From a candidate division FCPU426 bacterium (GTDB lineage: Bacteria > Oederibacteriota > JAAXVQ01 > JAUVAV01), in NCBI GenBank assembly GCA_030637655.1, contig DAOWGI010000007.1, positions 1 through 64,000 on the forward strand: a stretch of DNA of 64,000 nucleotides, in the 5' to 3' direction. The position numbers and the translations under genes were made by a program. Under the pieces are notes generated by a model. That model searched no databases. It saw only the letters and a list, made by a program, of their open reading frames with translations, and was not told the origin of the DNA. Positions 37,301 to 44,787 of this stretch are shown one piece after another (position 1 is the first letter of the stretch; every line of letters starts with the position of its first letter).

Positions 37301-39268
37301 TAGGCTTTTGCCCTTCACATCCCGGGAAATGCTTTTTACCAGAATACCGTCTTTGTAAACGCGTTCCTCAATTGATTTTCTTGGAAATCCAATGGAATTA
37401 TAACGTCCTATTTTCTTGGGTTGTTCATATTTATTATACCCGGTGTTCGAATAGCCCTTTTCATCCACCGCCAAGGTCCTGACCATGCGGCCCTTGGCAT
37501 AGGCATGCGCACTCACAGTTACACGGCCCCATTTGTTCATGACAATGTTTGTCGCCGGTTTGCCAAACACATTGTAATGAGTCTCACTTACAGAATCCGG
37601 TCCCACCTCTTTGCTGTAGACCATGGTGCCACCCACATACTGATAATCCGTAATGGTTTGTTTGCCATTGTGCTTGGTAAAAATTGTCTGCAACGGTTGG
37701 TCGCTCTTGCCGTCACGCATGGTGGTCATGCGCACACCAAAGGCTTCCTGGGTATAGGAGACCCGGCGGCCAACAGCATCCGTCCCGCAGGCTGTGGTCT
37801 CAACCACACCATTATTTAATACTTTAACTTTTTTCGTCGACAATTCGGTTTTAGGATCATGCCAGGTATACAGAGTACTACGATGATTAATGGTGATGGC
37901 AAGGAGCAGCTTGTCACTCTGGTCATATTCATAGAGAGTGGTTTCGTACTCATTAATACTGCTGGTTTTATTGCCTTCGGCATTATAGGTAAACTCGGTC
38001 CGCAATCCATGTGCATCGCTCTTGGCAATTACCTGGCCTTCAATATTATACTCTTTCCTGATGGTTTGAGTATAAGTCTGAAAACCAATGGTGAGGGTAA
38101 TCGTCTCAGTAGAGTAAATGATATTTCCTTTTTCGTCGACCACATAACTGATCTTGACCTTTTTGCCGGCTTCTTCGATACCAATAATTCTTCCGCTCTT
38201 GTCATAATGCGTTACTTTGTGCTTGGGTTTAAAAGAACCATCCGTGCTCCGAACGTCTTCAATCCTGGAGAGAATGCGGCCATCTCTATCCAGCACGTAC
38301 TGATAAGTGTATTCGCCATCTTTGCCGACCTTTTTCCGGATCCGGCCCGATTCATCAAAATATTTCGTAGTTACATCTTCAATTGTGCCGCCGCGGGAAG
38401 GCGAAATTTTCCTCTCTTTTTTACTGATCAGAACACCTTTATTATCCACGACGTTTTCATGCACGGTGCGAATACCGTTTTCAATAACTTCAACCAGTTG
38501 ACCGCCTTTATACCGTTTCTCTTTCCGATTGCCTTGGCTATCCTCTTCAATGCTGGCAATCATTTCGCCATTGTCATCTTTGATGGTAGTAATATCGGTC
38601 CGCACACCATTCTGATCAATCTTGGCAATGATTGCTCCGGTCTTCGGATCCATCATCACGCGGCTGCTCTTGCCGGTATTCATCTCACGCTCGATGTAGC
38701 TGATGGTTTTGCCTTTTTCATTTTTTACATAGTTTCTGAAAAATTTGGTGCCCTGCGGGTTGCTGGACTGGACAATATTGCCTTTGGCATCGTAGTGTTT
38801 GGTTTCAGTGCCCTGCTTGCCGGTTTTCACGGTTTTGCGTAATTTTCCATCCGCATTTTTGAAATATTTGGTCTGTGAAATGATTTCGCCGGCAGCGCTC
38901 TTTTCCATCACCGGCCTGCCGTTTTCATAAATAATGACCTTGCCATCCGGTTTAATGACTTCTTTGAGTTTGCCGTCGCCGTCATACTTGCGGACTTCAC
39001 CGGAGAAAAATTTAATGGTGACCACAACTCCTGCGTCCCCACTCTCGACGACTGTGCTGGCTTTGATCTTAATGCCCTGTTCTTTGAGTTTCTGGATGAT
39101 GTTAGGTAAAAGTTTGTCAGATATCTCCGCCGAGGACATAGTTGCCCCTGCAAATAATAGCAGCGTACCTAACAAGGCAAGGGTTCCTAACCAATTTGTC
39201 TTTTTCATGAGACCAAATCTCCCCCGGACGTTTTTAATATCGAGTTGACTTGAAATTTTTGCAGTCAT
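25379..39268 (-). CDS. Giant (4629 aa) secreted beta-repeat protein: YD/RHS-like ends plus about 39 x 54-aa central repeats
   Basis: Uninterrupted 13.9-kb ORF; AGGAGG RBS; signal peptide (KK..LGTLALLGTLLLFAGATMSSA); YDxxG repeats; 162-bp periodicity. Confidence 0.9.
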   Translation of the reverse strand: MTAKISSQLDIKNVRGRFGLMKKTNWLGTLALLGTLLLFAGATMSSAEISDKLLPNIIQKLKEQGIKIKASTVVESGDAGVVVTIKFFSGEVRKYDGDGKLKEVIKPDGKVIIYENGRPVMEKSAAGEIISQTKYFKNADGKLRKTVKTGKQGTETKHYDAKGNIVQSSNPQGTKFFRNYVKNEKGKTISYIEREMNTGKSSRVMMDPKTGAIIAKIDQNGVRTDITTIKDDNGEMIASIEEDSQGNRKEKRYKGGQLVEVIENGIRTVHENVVDNKGVLISKKERKISPSRGGTIEDVTTKYFDESGRIRKKVGKDGEYTYQYVLDRDGRILSRIEDVRSTDGSFKPKHKVTHYDKSGRIIGIEEAGKKVKISYVVDEKGNIIYSTETITLTIGFQTYTQTIRKEYNIEGQVIAKSDAHGLRTEFTYNAEGNKTSSINEYETTLYEYDQSDKLLLAITINHRSTLYTWHDPKTELSTKKVKVLNNGVVETTACGTDAVGRRVSYTQEAFGVRMTTMRDGKSDQPLQTIFTKHNGKQTITDYQYVGGTMVYSKEVGPDSVSETHYNVFGKPATNIVMNKWGRVTVSAHAYAKGRMVRTLAVDEKGYSNTGYNKYEQPKKIGRYNSIGFPRKSIEERVYKDGILVKSISRDVKGKSLTTYDENEQVEVVHRINLHGFPRQNWVTNIYNASGELIESYQIDSRGFTENTFSENGLMSLSVRKDIYGFPKVKITTYTYARGELVESRVDDERGFTINEFDIDGLMRVSTREKYFGYPRQEVSSYEYNADGYMVWSDTTDENGYTQNWYNIDELVTVSFRENKYGHARQQWTINEYDGEGFMTLSKQTDLKGCSINTYNRDALALANMRYDNYSVIYSRDTITFNEYDSKGFITVAKSKNIMTNIKKEFDKDSLCVLQNQMDNFGIYNVRSKMTASYVYDAHGRMQTNIAKDIMGTTYSRFDIHGDAVWSRQFANMGAELSRISTTESAYEADTGMTLWSFAKTVLNETLTIHNDDNYALPGKTYTKNYRGAEMGRETETTIKGNIYHGLTEKTFAKNDLNKTTTWHSQDTFGLPEKSFTHNSFGAEWSRDTMTWIDSNRYDGMTDKTLSKNRLNYSITVHHQDAWRLPAMSYAHNFYGAEFGRDSITVINTNKQDGMTDETFAMNKLNWTKTTHTQDEWRLPRHSESWGFRGALLGRHTLTDIETDKQDGMTNKTFSTNGLNEATTWHADDEWRLPMKSFAKNYFGANKSRETTTSIETNRLDGMTDKTVAVNDLSTTTTYNAHDQWRLPWLSKNHNNYGAIFGRDNLTLLASDHEDGMTDASFAMNKLSWTLTEYSQDKWRMPEASKSWSFRGALLARVSKAQITTNKVDGITDMVVSENGLSRTTTINRQDEWRLPGLSKTENFRGAELGRLTWTIIDCNEDDGINDETLARNELNWNRTEYAQDEYRLSKWSESYNYRGAEFGRYTTTDITSNIFDGMTDETFARNKLSHTQTNYSQDQWRMSEMSQNWTFRGALMRRHTITDITCSHLDGMTNRTMAKNALSKTITWHKQDNWRLPWLSKTKNEKGAEYGRLTISSITANQQDGMTDSTFAMNKLTFTKTTHSQDKWRLPQEALTWSFRGALLGRFTHTDITANHQDGMTDESFAKNSLTWTKTTHSQDEWRMPSATETRSFRGALMGRHTVGEIQCNHEDGMTDVSISENGLNKTTTIHAQNEWRLPWISRSENEFGAELGRDTTTFITSNKLDGMTDETFAKNELNWSKTKHSSDQWRMPYKSETLGFRGALMGRYTYTQIQSNHNDGMTDVTSSKNLLSKTTTYHSQDEWRAPELSKTENFYGAELGRSTLTAMFTDHEDGMTNQTVTLSGLNLVITNHAQDEWRLPEDSRTFSWQGALKGRYTEATIDSNEQDGMTNETFAVNGLSETRTVHSQDEWRMPIKSYVHNYYGAEMGRDAETDITSNHSDGMTDMTVSVNELSTTTTWHSSNEWRLPYGSKNVNNFGANFGRETQTLIDSNKMDGMTDETLAWNNLNITKTVYSTDQWRMPKSSESRSWRGALLSWYTKTEITANHVDGMTDMTVSETGLAKTTTWHNKDEWRLPGLSKTENNFGAELGRLSWTTINTNTEDGMTDDTWALSGLSLTHSMHSSDEFRLPKATESWNFRGALLSRYSHTDIWSNEDDGMSDFTLAKTALSNVQTVYSQDKWRMAEESHTWNFKGALGSRYTHTEIDTNHIDGMTDNTVAENDLNRTTTLHASDEWRLPYASFSETFRGAELGRDTLTIIDANKQDGMTDKTLGVNSLNWTRTVHGTDEYRLPEESVTKSFRGAYYGRLTYTDITASKNDGMTNETLAINGLNKIKTVHSRDEWRMAEYSETTGFRGALLGRVTDTDISSNHYDGMTDKTIAENGLNTVVTIHAQDEWRMPTKSQTFNKLGANLGRFTVTDIFTDKMDGMTTASFAVNQLNWTSTVHSIDEFRLPDYSESLSFRGALDGRYTYTDITANLDDGMTDKTVAETGLVTTTTWHSADEWRMPVCSSMKNKKGANYGRDTLTAIENSHVDGMTDSTFATSKLNTLLTIYAQDEYRMAKESYSTNFRGALGGRLTHTLITNNQDDGMSNKTHAYNWLNNVRTVYSQDQWRMPEKSYTESYRGAELGRKTETDIFCNRYDGMTNITVAENSLNTTMTIHNDDEYRLPGQSITLSYRGALRGRLSNSVINSNEDDGMTDSTLVTSDLSTIKTVYSQDEWRMPASTLAYSFLGAKLGRWTTTEMIANKFDGMNEKTVATSVLNKTTTYHAMDEWRLPVASITENNKGALDSRYTTTQIIANKQDGMTDESWAFNDLSVKHTMHSADEYRLPDESETWNFKGAELSRYTYTDTQTSIYDGMTNKSISENGLSKTTTWHTSDNLRLPYLSKTENNRGAEYGRVTWTDIHCDEDDGMTNWTFGESGLNKTWTFHHTDDNLRLPDWSRSYNKRGATAARWVTTKITANARDGMSDKTVATSGINEVTTKYASDEWRLAYESITQNFYGAGGAKKTTTELHNDHVDGMTNYTIARNDLSYTRTNYSQDQYRMPKSTYTKNYRGVVYGRVTHGLMQVDHNTGLNKASYNISKLSESWTYYDDNGFQTHGWSKSHPAITLPYARLTYNEYHMRKDLGTMLYSKGTNQLGVTESRYNADGFMSWSCNLAAYGSVKKTITTYQTNNWTGLNKTSNATSYSRKPGWTNQWISKAKAYYDGNGINHKTKTTKRTGAKWGRNSTTYTVNDQNTGTKKSSTTISKLSKVETLADNFGIDTWSKATNYVGTHHSRVSTEWSKYNPKNGIKTSSYSESIASKTYSWFDANGLPRSKGNMYQKRWNKYSSSEAGRVEHVYCGDVNFDGAAGMTRSVNPISTTDSYTSWKGFTEKSITGNKYGAAGDELSVTHYEPNENTGLNRTSWKYNKHKGRSWGRTFTSYGGGSRSRGFGRSLFAIFFPTSVYGVATYTKSWGCDNKGKEQDPTETWIKFNKNTGLTTSTYTKGTGSGNYKSWGTSFNSKTGWKLAGETHQDKAQGKDTIREKYRSTYQYNPYTGLMKKEVRKNIQHSKNKTIWYDAHGVESSSASADSSRPSGAMYTWTEYSGKETPHSQPTEAVKYYSGERFGEIMTVYQHDLTTANAGQTNLKYFPRWEEVELHYGQYVKFLTIHYTMSADGPVSANVTDDKGTEHWVMTGSGYGNANIISRSRVNNDGSTITWTYTDVPIFGYHREANITYTNLMGQYDGSGTESYSMRGILEKQVLNNTNGWDQTIYFENDGQYITTSIGFREDNVTVRYSHTGIGEIAMSSDDKGVTTWDPAENRMLSTQGLLGTFAYTYSGGAVARITGEVTAGGSVVMDKNWNVNTWTDTQGVVHSYTAASAQKGIWTSANESFTDANGTNWSGTMQYQRKGFYFESATLRATNADLNSSSADNTVQLDTQAAYTFIRKLILKYQTERETFSWGNDKCRTLGECKTVDFGSSDVIGVADVEVTIDEEGRSTSRFSDMKYFEKQFTKKYRFRPTYSTSSYTMIRKSEPSTGDYLNMSKYNDVFYNGTIGVKKRVTGSCRVQIGTKTETYYVKIIPDDPDTEANEYKRTTYSSQKYDAEGNPLYTKCTRQVPVYSTKWTIEKETWYKESDGWQWWPTSVTLEASYSDTLELDTGKLTAGPIGQSGDFTRSASNLRTYRTSARNMGGGVSLGDFLSNGGSYRFDSGSGGTSDVGDPDMGDIDVPDEMPDAPTGAGVQAAGVAESKTIAKPAAEEEGVTEEDEVVTAFNNIKNSDDMLAFLQLVASKMSSQAILAAWQNSAAANLMNGLAAAYNSLFGEAYQNSLLGKLITVATNYSSIVEELKTAIAGGTIISNEVKLAAKIARDLENAQSVKKDEKGHVIEVVDANGSTHKYQYEAKGFTEIMVDYKGHKETNYYNEDGQLLSQNLGNMSRTYSYVEEGRQVAKVTMVERSVNGSTVFEYDGLGRLTALDQGNQKSVYKYEGQSTNTYTVQILGPNGAKLEERSCKNGRLISKRGADGSSSEYSYMTDSVGNVLAVTAEVKDKDGGKTYLKYDGSGRLISAQGKEAEKYEQMAKDDGSLAEQAFVFGAEKDMFGDKRIDNMRLAPGILNGLFGE

Positions 39269-39346
39269 CTCGCTCCCTCCTTTTTAGAAAAACATTTTTT
39301 TACAAAAAATGCTCGATTTTTTTTTAAATTCCCACCTTTTGTTTGA

Positions 39347-39375
39347 AGTATATCACATAAAAATGGGCATTGCAA
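39347..39375 (-). promoter_or_regulatory. Sigma70 promoter of the giant gene
   Basis: TTGCAA, 17 bp, TATACT, with an extended -10 TG. Confidence 0.65.
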
Positions 39376-39734
39376 ATTCACCGGGTAAATAATGTCCTTT
39401 AAAACACGAGTTTTTCTAGAAAATATCGGCCTTACCCTCAATTGTAAATTTTTTTAGGTTTTTAGGATTTTTTTAAAAAACAGAAATAAATAAGTGTGCT
39501 GGACAACTGCAATTAGTTGCTCAGGCTCCTAGTTGTTGCTGATACTGAGTAGTGTGTGTGATCTAATCCGCCAGTCTGCGTGTTCCTCCATGACTATATG
39601 AAATTATGAATATGAAAAAAGATTCAGACTGGCAGCCTGATTTTTCGATGTTCGACGTGTCTGCTTTTTCGGAAGAAGATCACCTTTATGCATCTAAAAA
39701 ACACAAAATAATCCCAGCTGTTTTTTTTCATTCA

Positions 39735-40520
39735 TTAAATCTGATAGGCTTCAATTTTATAACCGCATTGCTTGCAAATACATTGGTTACCGTTGGCATC
39801 CAGGACAATATTTCGGCATATAGGACACATGAGTATTTCGTTTAATGATTTTTTTATTTTATGTTTTGCTGAGGTTGTTTTTTTTATAACGCGTTTAATC
39901 TCTTCTTTTTTTCTTATAATATCAGTTGAAGTCTTGTGATTTTTCTCATACTTTTGTCGAAGTTTATAGCTGGAATCCATTTCTTCCTGAAAATCGACAA
40001 AGCTGTCTGTTTTAATCTCAAAGGAAATCTCATTCTCCCATTCAAGGACTGTATAAAACCGGGCACGATGTCTTTTGAAAAACAATTTAAAAATGAAATC
40101 CGTTTTCAACAAATCATGAAATAATCCGCCCAGAGGATTCGACCATTTTTTAGGTGTAAATATCAACTTTCCGTTTTCGACGGAAAGCACCCAACGATGA
40201 AAACTCCAACCGAATATTATTTCGCCGGCCAGACTGGGTGATTCTATATAGCCCCGTTTCGCTACTCGCATCATCTCTTTTATTCCTTTTTCCGGATTTT
40301 CAAGATGCTCCACGACGTGGCGACAAATTATATAATCAAAAGCATGATCTCTAAAAGGAAGATTTTCAAGATCCGCCACAACCAAAGAGCGATCAATAAT
40401 AATTTGTCCGCCGCGTTCTGAATCACCCTGCATATATTTATCCACCAATACATCAGCTCGCGGATGCGGATTATCACCGCTCCCGATTTCTAAAACAATA
40501 TCCGAAGGTCTAATATTCAT
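39735..40520 (-). CDS. Class I SAM-dependent methyltransferase with C-terminal Cys cluster
   Basis: VLEIGSG, LPFRDHAFDYIICRHVVEH and CPIC..CICKQC. Start re-placed at MNIRP (GAGGAG RBS). Confidence 0.85.
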   Translation of the reverse strand: MNIRPSDIVLEIGSGDNPHPRADVLVDKYMQGDSERGGQIIIDRSLVVADLENLPFRDHAFDYIICRHVVEHLENPEKGIKEMMRVAKRGYIESPSLAGEIIFGWSFHRWVLSVENGKLIFTPKKWSNPLGGLFHDLLKTDFIFKLFFKRHRARFYTVLEWENEISFEIKTDSFVDFQEEMDSSYKLRQKYEKNHKTSTDIIRKKEEIKRVIKKTTSAKHKIKKSLNEILMCPICRNIVLDANGNQCICKQCGYKIEAYQI

Positions 40521-40546
40521 TTTCTCTCCTCGTATGTATTTACCCC

Positions 40547-41314
40547 TTACTCCTTCAAACAAAATATCACATTAAAATAACGCGGAACATTTGAGACGGT
40601 ACCCGTTACAATTGAATGGTTGTGTGCCCCGTCAACATTGGTACTTCCACTAACAACATGAGTATGATACTGTCCCGCTGCTTGCATATTGCTTCCCGAC
40701 CCTCGCGGAATATTAACGTACCCAATATTATTCTGAGAAGTAATATTTACACCATGCGAATGGCTCCCGGGAGAAGTTGTATTCCCCCCATGACTATGAC
40801 TATCTGCGCCGCCGGCATGTCCGCCCGAATAGGACGCTGCGCCACGGGGAAATAAGCCGTCGAGTTCGGTCAACCGCCGATAGCCAACCGGGCAGGTTGC
40901 GCCGGTCCACATAATAATCGCTCCCTTGGGTGTTCCATCCTTAGCTCTCATGGCATACGGCACACTCTGAAGCTGTTGCCGGGGTGACATAGGCCGGCTG
41001 TCACCGGCAACATGGACCTCCAAATAATAAGGGTAATCAAAGCTCAGACTGCTCATCGAAGTTTGGCTGCCCAACGCCATGTCAAAATATCCCCCTTGTG
41101 TGTTGATATTTTGCACCTCGCTCCATCCGGTAGGTGTGTTGCCGGTTGCTTGATAATACAACGTAAAAGTAACTCCATAGGTTCCATCAGCCACTGCATT
41201 TCCACTACCATCAGTCAGTCTTCCCTGGTAATTAATCGTACCCGGGATATCCGCCATGGCTATTTGCGAAAAAATTCCTGTTAATATTGCCATAATCATC
41301 ATGATTTTTTTCAT
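40547..41314 (-). CDS. Secreted phage tail-collar/short-tail-fibre-like protein
   Basis: Signal peptide; INYQGRLTD N-domain; PKGAIIMWTG.TCPVGY collar motif; four HxH motifs; NVPRYFNVIFC end. Confidence 0.75.
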   Translation of the reverse strand: MKKIMMIMAILTGIFSQIAMADIPGTINYQGRLTDGSGNAVADGTYGVTFTLYYQATGNTPTGWSEVQNINTQGGYFDMALGSQTSMSSLSFDYPYYLEVHVAGDSRPMSPRQQLQSVPYAMRAKDGTPKGAIIMWTGATCPVGYRRLTELDGLFPRGAASYSGGHAGGADSHSHGGNTTSPGSHSHGVNITSQNNIGYVNIPRGSGSNMQAAGQYHTHVVSGSTNVDGAHNHSIVTGTVSNVPRYFNVIFCLKE

Positions 41315-41529
41315 TTTTTCCGCCTCCTTTTTTGTACCTCAAGCAAAGATACTATGTTAAAAACCGCTTACCATTCCTTAACCATTAGCTTTTCTTTGCG
41401 CCCCTTGCCGGTCCTGCCGGTCCTTTGACGAACTTTTTCAATAGAGCGCAAAGGGCGACTTATCTGCTTAAACACCAAAGAGCGGGGCAGCTTGGCGTGA
41501 TACTCGTAGGGAACGCTCGCGAGCGTTCC

Positions 41530-42105
41530 CTACTTGACCAGGACGATTTTTTTCTTCACGATTGTGGTTCTGCCATCAGCCCCTTTGGCTTTCACCCGCA
41601 TGATATACACACCATTCGCCAGATTCGACATATTCCATCTCCAATAATTCTTTCCGGCAGGCTTCATATCCCAGCGCTTGGAAATCACCAGTTGGCTACT
41701 GGTGGTATAAACTTTGATCTCAATATCTGCGGCTCGAGCCAAATGGAAATAAATATGCGCGATAGACCCCCGGATAGGATTGGGCGCGGCATAGACCCAC
41801 TTCTTGGAAATTATTTCACCGTTAAATGTGCGGATTGGCGTACTGGTCACCGTAATGGTGGGTGTTACCGTTGGGGTCGGAGGCAATATAAAATATTCAT
41901 TGAAAAATCCTGTTTGAATAGAAAAACCCTCTCCCCAGGTCTGACCTATCACAGATTCTCCGACACTGTTGATGATATTTTTACCAGCGCCGGATATGGT
42001 CGTTCCCGAAGCATTCACTACAACCGGTTGCACAACATGCTCTGCCTGTGAATAATGTGAAAATAGCACTAACGATATAACCGTGACGAATAAAATCCGC
42101 CGCAT
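41530..42105 (-). CDS. Secreted protein with P/T linker and T9SS-type-A-like C-terminal domain
   Basis: Signal peptide; SVGE..IG..QTGF; PTPTVTPT; AAPNP..IKVYTTSSQLV..W..NLANGVYI..KKIVLVK. Confidence 0.75.
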   Translation of the reverse strand: MRRILFVTVISLVLFSHYSQAEHVVQPVVVNASGTTISGAGKNIINSVGESVIGQTWGEGFSIQTGFFNEYFILPPTPTVTPTITVTSTPIRTFNGEIISKKWVYAAPNPIRGSIAHIYFHLARAADIEIKVYTTSSQLVISKRWDMKPAGKNYWRWNMSNLANGVYIMRVKAKGADGRTTIVKKKIVLVK

Positions 42106-42440
42106 ATTTCATACCCCTCATTAAACTATTGATATTGCAGTAGCATTAACCATACCACCAAATAACACACTAAATAATCAACAATTGGAGCAAAACTACA
42201 AATATCATAGCATAGTCATCCTTGAATCGAACTATCTTTTTATAATTCCGTTTTATAATTCCGGGGCAATTGCTTTCGTGGGTCTCCGCTCCCAACAAGG
42301 TTCTCCGTGGAGAACGAAGATAAAACGATGGTCTTTACGTCATTGAATTACATCTTGGAAAAGCAATTCAGTAGTTGTGTGACTCATATTAAGTTTAAGG
42401 TTCAAATGCTTCGTAAGCTATCAGTTATGTTTCTTTTTTT

Positions 42441-42620
42441 GTCATCCCCGAATGCTTGTATCCCCGACAAGAGCATTCGAGGACGGATACGGTTTAAAAA
42501 ACCAGATTCCCGATTAAACCCTCGGGAATGACAATCTTTGTTTAACTGCGCAGTTCACTGACTTATTACCTGGTCGTGGGATGCGAAACCATATCCCCGA
42601 TAAAAACATTCGGGGATGAC
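42441..42620. repeat. Nested GTCATCCCCG/CGGGAATGAC palindromic repeats
   Basis: GTCATCCCCGAATG..., ATTCCCGATTAAACCCTCGGGAATGAC and TCCCCGATAAAAACATTCGGGGATGAC. Confidence 0.6.
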
Positions 42621-42794
42621 AAAAAAAGAAAACAACCATAATTCCTACAAATCATTTTATTTTCAATGCTAATGCTTATTTCGCCAATAGAAAATTACCC
42701 ACAGATTCTGCTGAAGAGGCAAATTCAAATTTGAAAGTAAATAAGTATGCTGGAAAACCAGGATTCTGTCTTGTGCTCTCCAGGTCGGGAAGTG

Positions 42795-43304
42795 TTATTT
42801 CCGGGCGTTTCTCTTTTTTATAGGTGTGAGCACTTCGATCAGAGCAACAGCATAGGCAGCCAATCCCTCATTACGGCCGATAGCACCCAACCCTTCATTG
42901 GTAGTTGCTTTGACGGAAACTTGCTCTGCTTTAATTCCCAAAGCCCGAGCTATCCGCCGACACATCACCGGAACCTGGCGGGAAATTTTGGGTGCCTCGG
43001 CCAGCAGCATACAATCAATATTGCTTGGTGAGCAATGATGCCGGTCCAGCTGTTTTTTTACCTCAGCCAGAAATTCCAAAGAATTCCGATTACGCTGGCG
43101 CTGTGACGTATTGGGAAAGAGCCTCCCTATATCTCCTAAACCGGCTGCCCCCAACAAGGCATCACAGATAGCATGACAAATAACATCCGCATCCGAATGC
43201 CCTCTCAACTGAAACCCAGCCTGCGGAAACGCCACCCCTCCCAGGCGCAGCTTTTTTCCAGGCATGGTTTGGTGCACATCATAGCCCAAGCCAATACGAA
43301 TCAT
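42795..43304 (-). CDS. ispF: MECDP synthase
   Basis: RIGLGYDVH, GHSDADV, LGDIG and VKATTNEGLG. Confidence 0.96.
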   Translation of the reverse strand: MIRIGLGYDVHQTMPGKKLRLGGVAFPQAGFQLRGHSDADVICHAICDALLGAAGLGDIGRLFPNTSQRQRNRNSLEFLAEVKKQLDRHHCSPSNIDCMLLAEAPKISRQVPVMCRRIARALGIKAEQVSVKATTNEGLGAIGRNEGLAAYAVALIEVLTPIKKRNARK

Positions 43305-43324
43305 AACCAGCCATCCACCCTTGG

Positions 43325-44023
43325 TTAATGTCCTTGTGTTTCAAGTAATATCTCTGCCAATTCCAGGTCATAGGGTTTGGTGATCTTAAAATTATTCACT
43401 TCACCCTCCACGACTTCAACCGGTTTTTCTAAATATTCCACCAGTCCGGCATCATCCGTGGCAGTCAGCTTTTTCTTCCAGGCATTCTGGTAGGCCGCTC
43501 TTAATACTGAATATTGAAACCCTTGCGGTGTTTGAATGGCCACCATACTGCGCCGATCCACAGTTGTAGATACCATGTTTTTTTCATCCACCCGTTTGAG
43601 TGTATCGACCAAGGTAATCCCCGGTACCGCGGCCCCGGAATTTTGAGCTGCGGTAATCACGCGTTGAATCAGGGCAGGTGAACAAAAAGGACGCGCAGCA
43701 TCATGAATCAAAACAATCTCTGTGTCTGCGTCCAAGCAATCCATTCCGCAGCGAACTGAATCCTGACGCCGGACACCACCGCAAATCACCTCTTTTACTT
43801 TTGCCTCCGGACAGGTCTTCTCACAACTATTTTTAGCGCGTTCCACTTCGCCGGAGGGAACCACCAAAATACAACTTGCTATGCTTTCCATAGTAGCAAA
43901 AGTTTTCAAAACATGCTGAAAAAGAGGATATCCACCCAACCTAAGAAATGCTTTAGGCGTGATGTCACTCATTCGCCGGCCTTGCCCACCGGCCACTAAA
44001 ATGACTTCTGTCTTGATTGCCAT
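43325..44023 (-). CDS. ispD: MEP cytidylyltransferase
   Basis: AGGQGRRM, RQDSV, HDAARP, QTPQ, TDD and KITKPYD. Confidence 0.95.
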   Translation of the reverse strand: MAIKTEVILVAGGQGRRMSDITPKAFLRLGGYPLFQHVLKTFATMESIASCILVVPSGEVERAKNSCEKTCPEAKVKEVICGGVRRQDSVRCGMDCLDADTEIVLIHDAARPFCSPALIQRVITAAQNSGAAVPGITLVDTLKRVDEKNMVSTTVDRRSMVAIQTPQGFQYSVLRAAYQNAWKKKLTATDDAGLVEYLEKPVEVVEGEVNNFKITKPYDLELAEILLETQGH

Positions 44024-44787
44024 CAGCCTTGGCCTGTGCTCTTGCGTTTGGCAAAAACCATACGTCCGGCTGCGGTTTGCAAAACCGAAGTAACACCGAC
44101 CACCTGCTTCTGATTCAGCAACTGGCGTCCGTTTTCTACGACCACCATGGTTCCATCCTCAAGATACCCCACCCCTTGGCCCGGTTCCTTGCCTTCCTTA
44201 ACAATCCGAATCATCATCTCTTCTCCGGGCAGCACTACTGTCTTTACCGCATTGCTCAAATCATTGATATTGAGCACCGGGATGCCTTGCAGACCGGCAA
44301 CTTTATTCAAATTTATATCATTGGTCACTAATTTTCCCTTAAGACGTTTGGTCAAGCGTAATAATTTTTCATCCACTACCGGCACATCTGGAAAATCTTG
44401 GTTGCTAATCTGTACTTTCAGGCCGGGATTTTTTTTCAGATCAGCTAAGGTATTCAAACCACGGCGTCCCCGATTGCGTTTGAGCTCATCCGTCGAATCA
44501 GAAATTCGTTGCAATTCGCGCAACACAAAAACCGGAACAATGAAACTGCCTTCTAAAAATTTAGTTTTACATATGTCCGCAATGCGGCCGTCAATAATCA
44601 CCGAGGTATCCAGTACTTTATAGCCGCAAACCGTGTTTCCTGACCACCAATACTCCAGTCCAGCCAGACCAACAGCTACTAAGCCGCCCAGCACAGCGCC
44701 TATTCCAGAGAACGGCAGAAATTTATAACCCAGCAAAAGGAATGATATAATAAATAAAACCCTGATAAAAACGGAAAAAATATTCAC
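44023..44787 (-). CDS. PIN/TRAM domain membrane protein (YacL-like, short N-terminus)
   Basis: [23 protein letters not shown] and [19 protein letters not shown] start after AAGGAG. Confidence 0.9.
   Translation of the reverse strand: MNIFSVFIRVLFIISFLLLGYKFLPFSGIGAVLGGLVAVGLAGLEYWWSGNTVCGYKVLDTSVIIDGRIADICKTKFLEGSFIVPVFVLRELQRISDSTDELKRNRGRRGLNTLADLKKNPGLKVQISNQDFPDVPVVDEKLLRLTKRLKGKLVTNDINLNKVAGLQGIPVLNINDLSNAVKTVVLPGEEMMIRIVKEGKEPGQGVGYLEDGTMVVVENGRQLLNQKQVVGVTSVLQTAAGRMVFAKRKSTGQG

Noticed and set aside
25379-39268. Canonical RHS toxin or DGR target
   Set aside because: No PxxxxDPxG motif, immunity gene, reverse transcriptase or TR/VR-like near-identical pair is visible.
39606-39845. 79-aa plus-strand ORF or ncRNA upstream of the giant gene
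   Set aside because: No RBS, overlaps the methyltransferase end, and no recognisable RNA structure.
42700-42780. c-di-GMP-I riboswitch (GGCAAA...GAAA)
   Set aside because: P2 pairing and the downstream GCAAAGC/P3 elements are missing, and no co-oriented gene follows.
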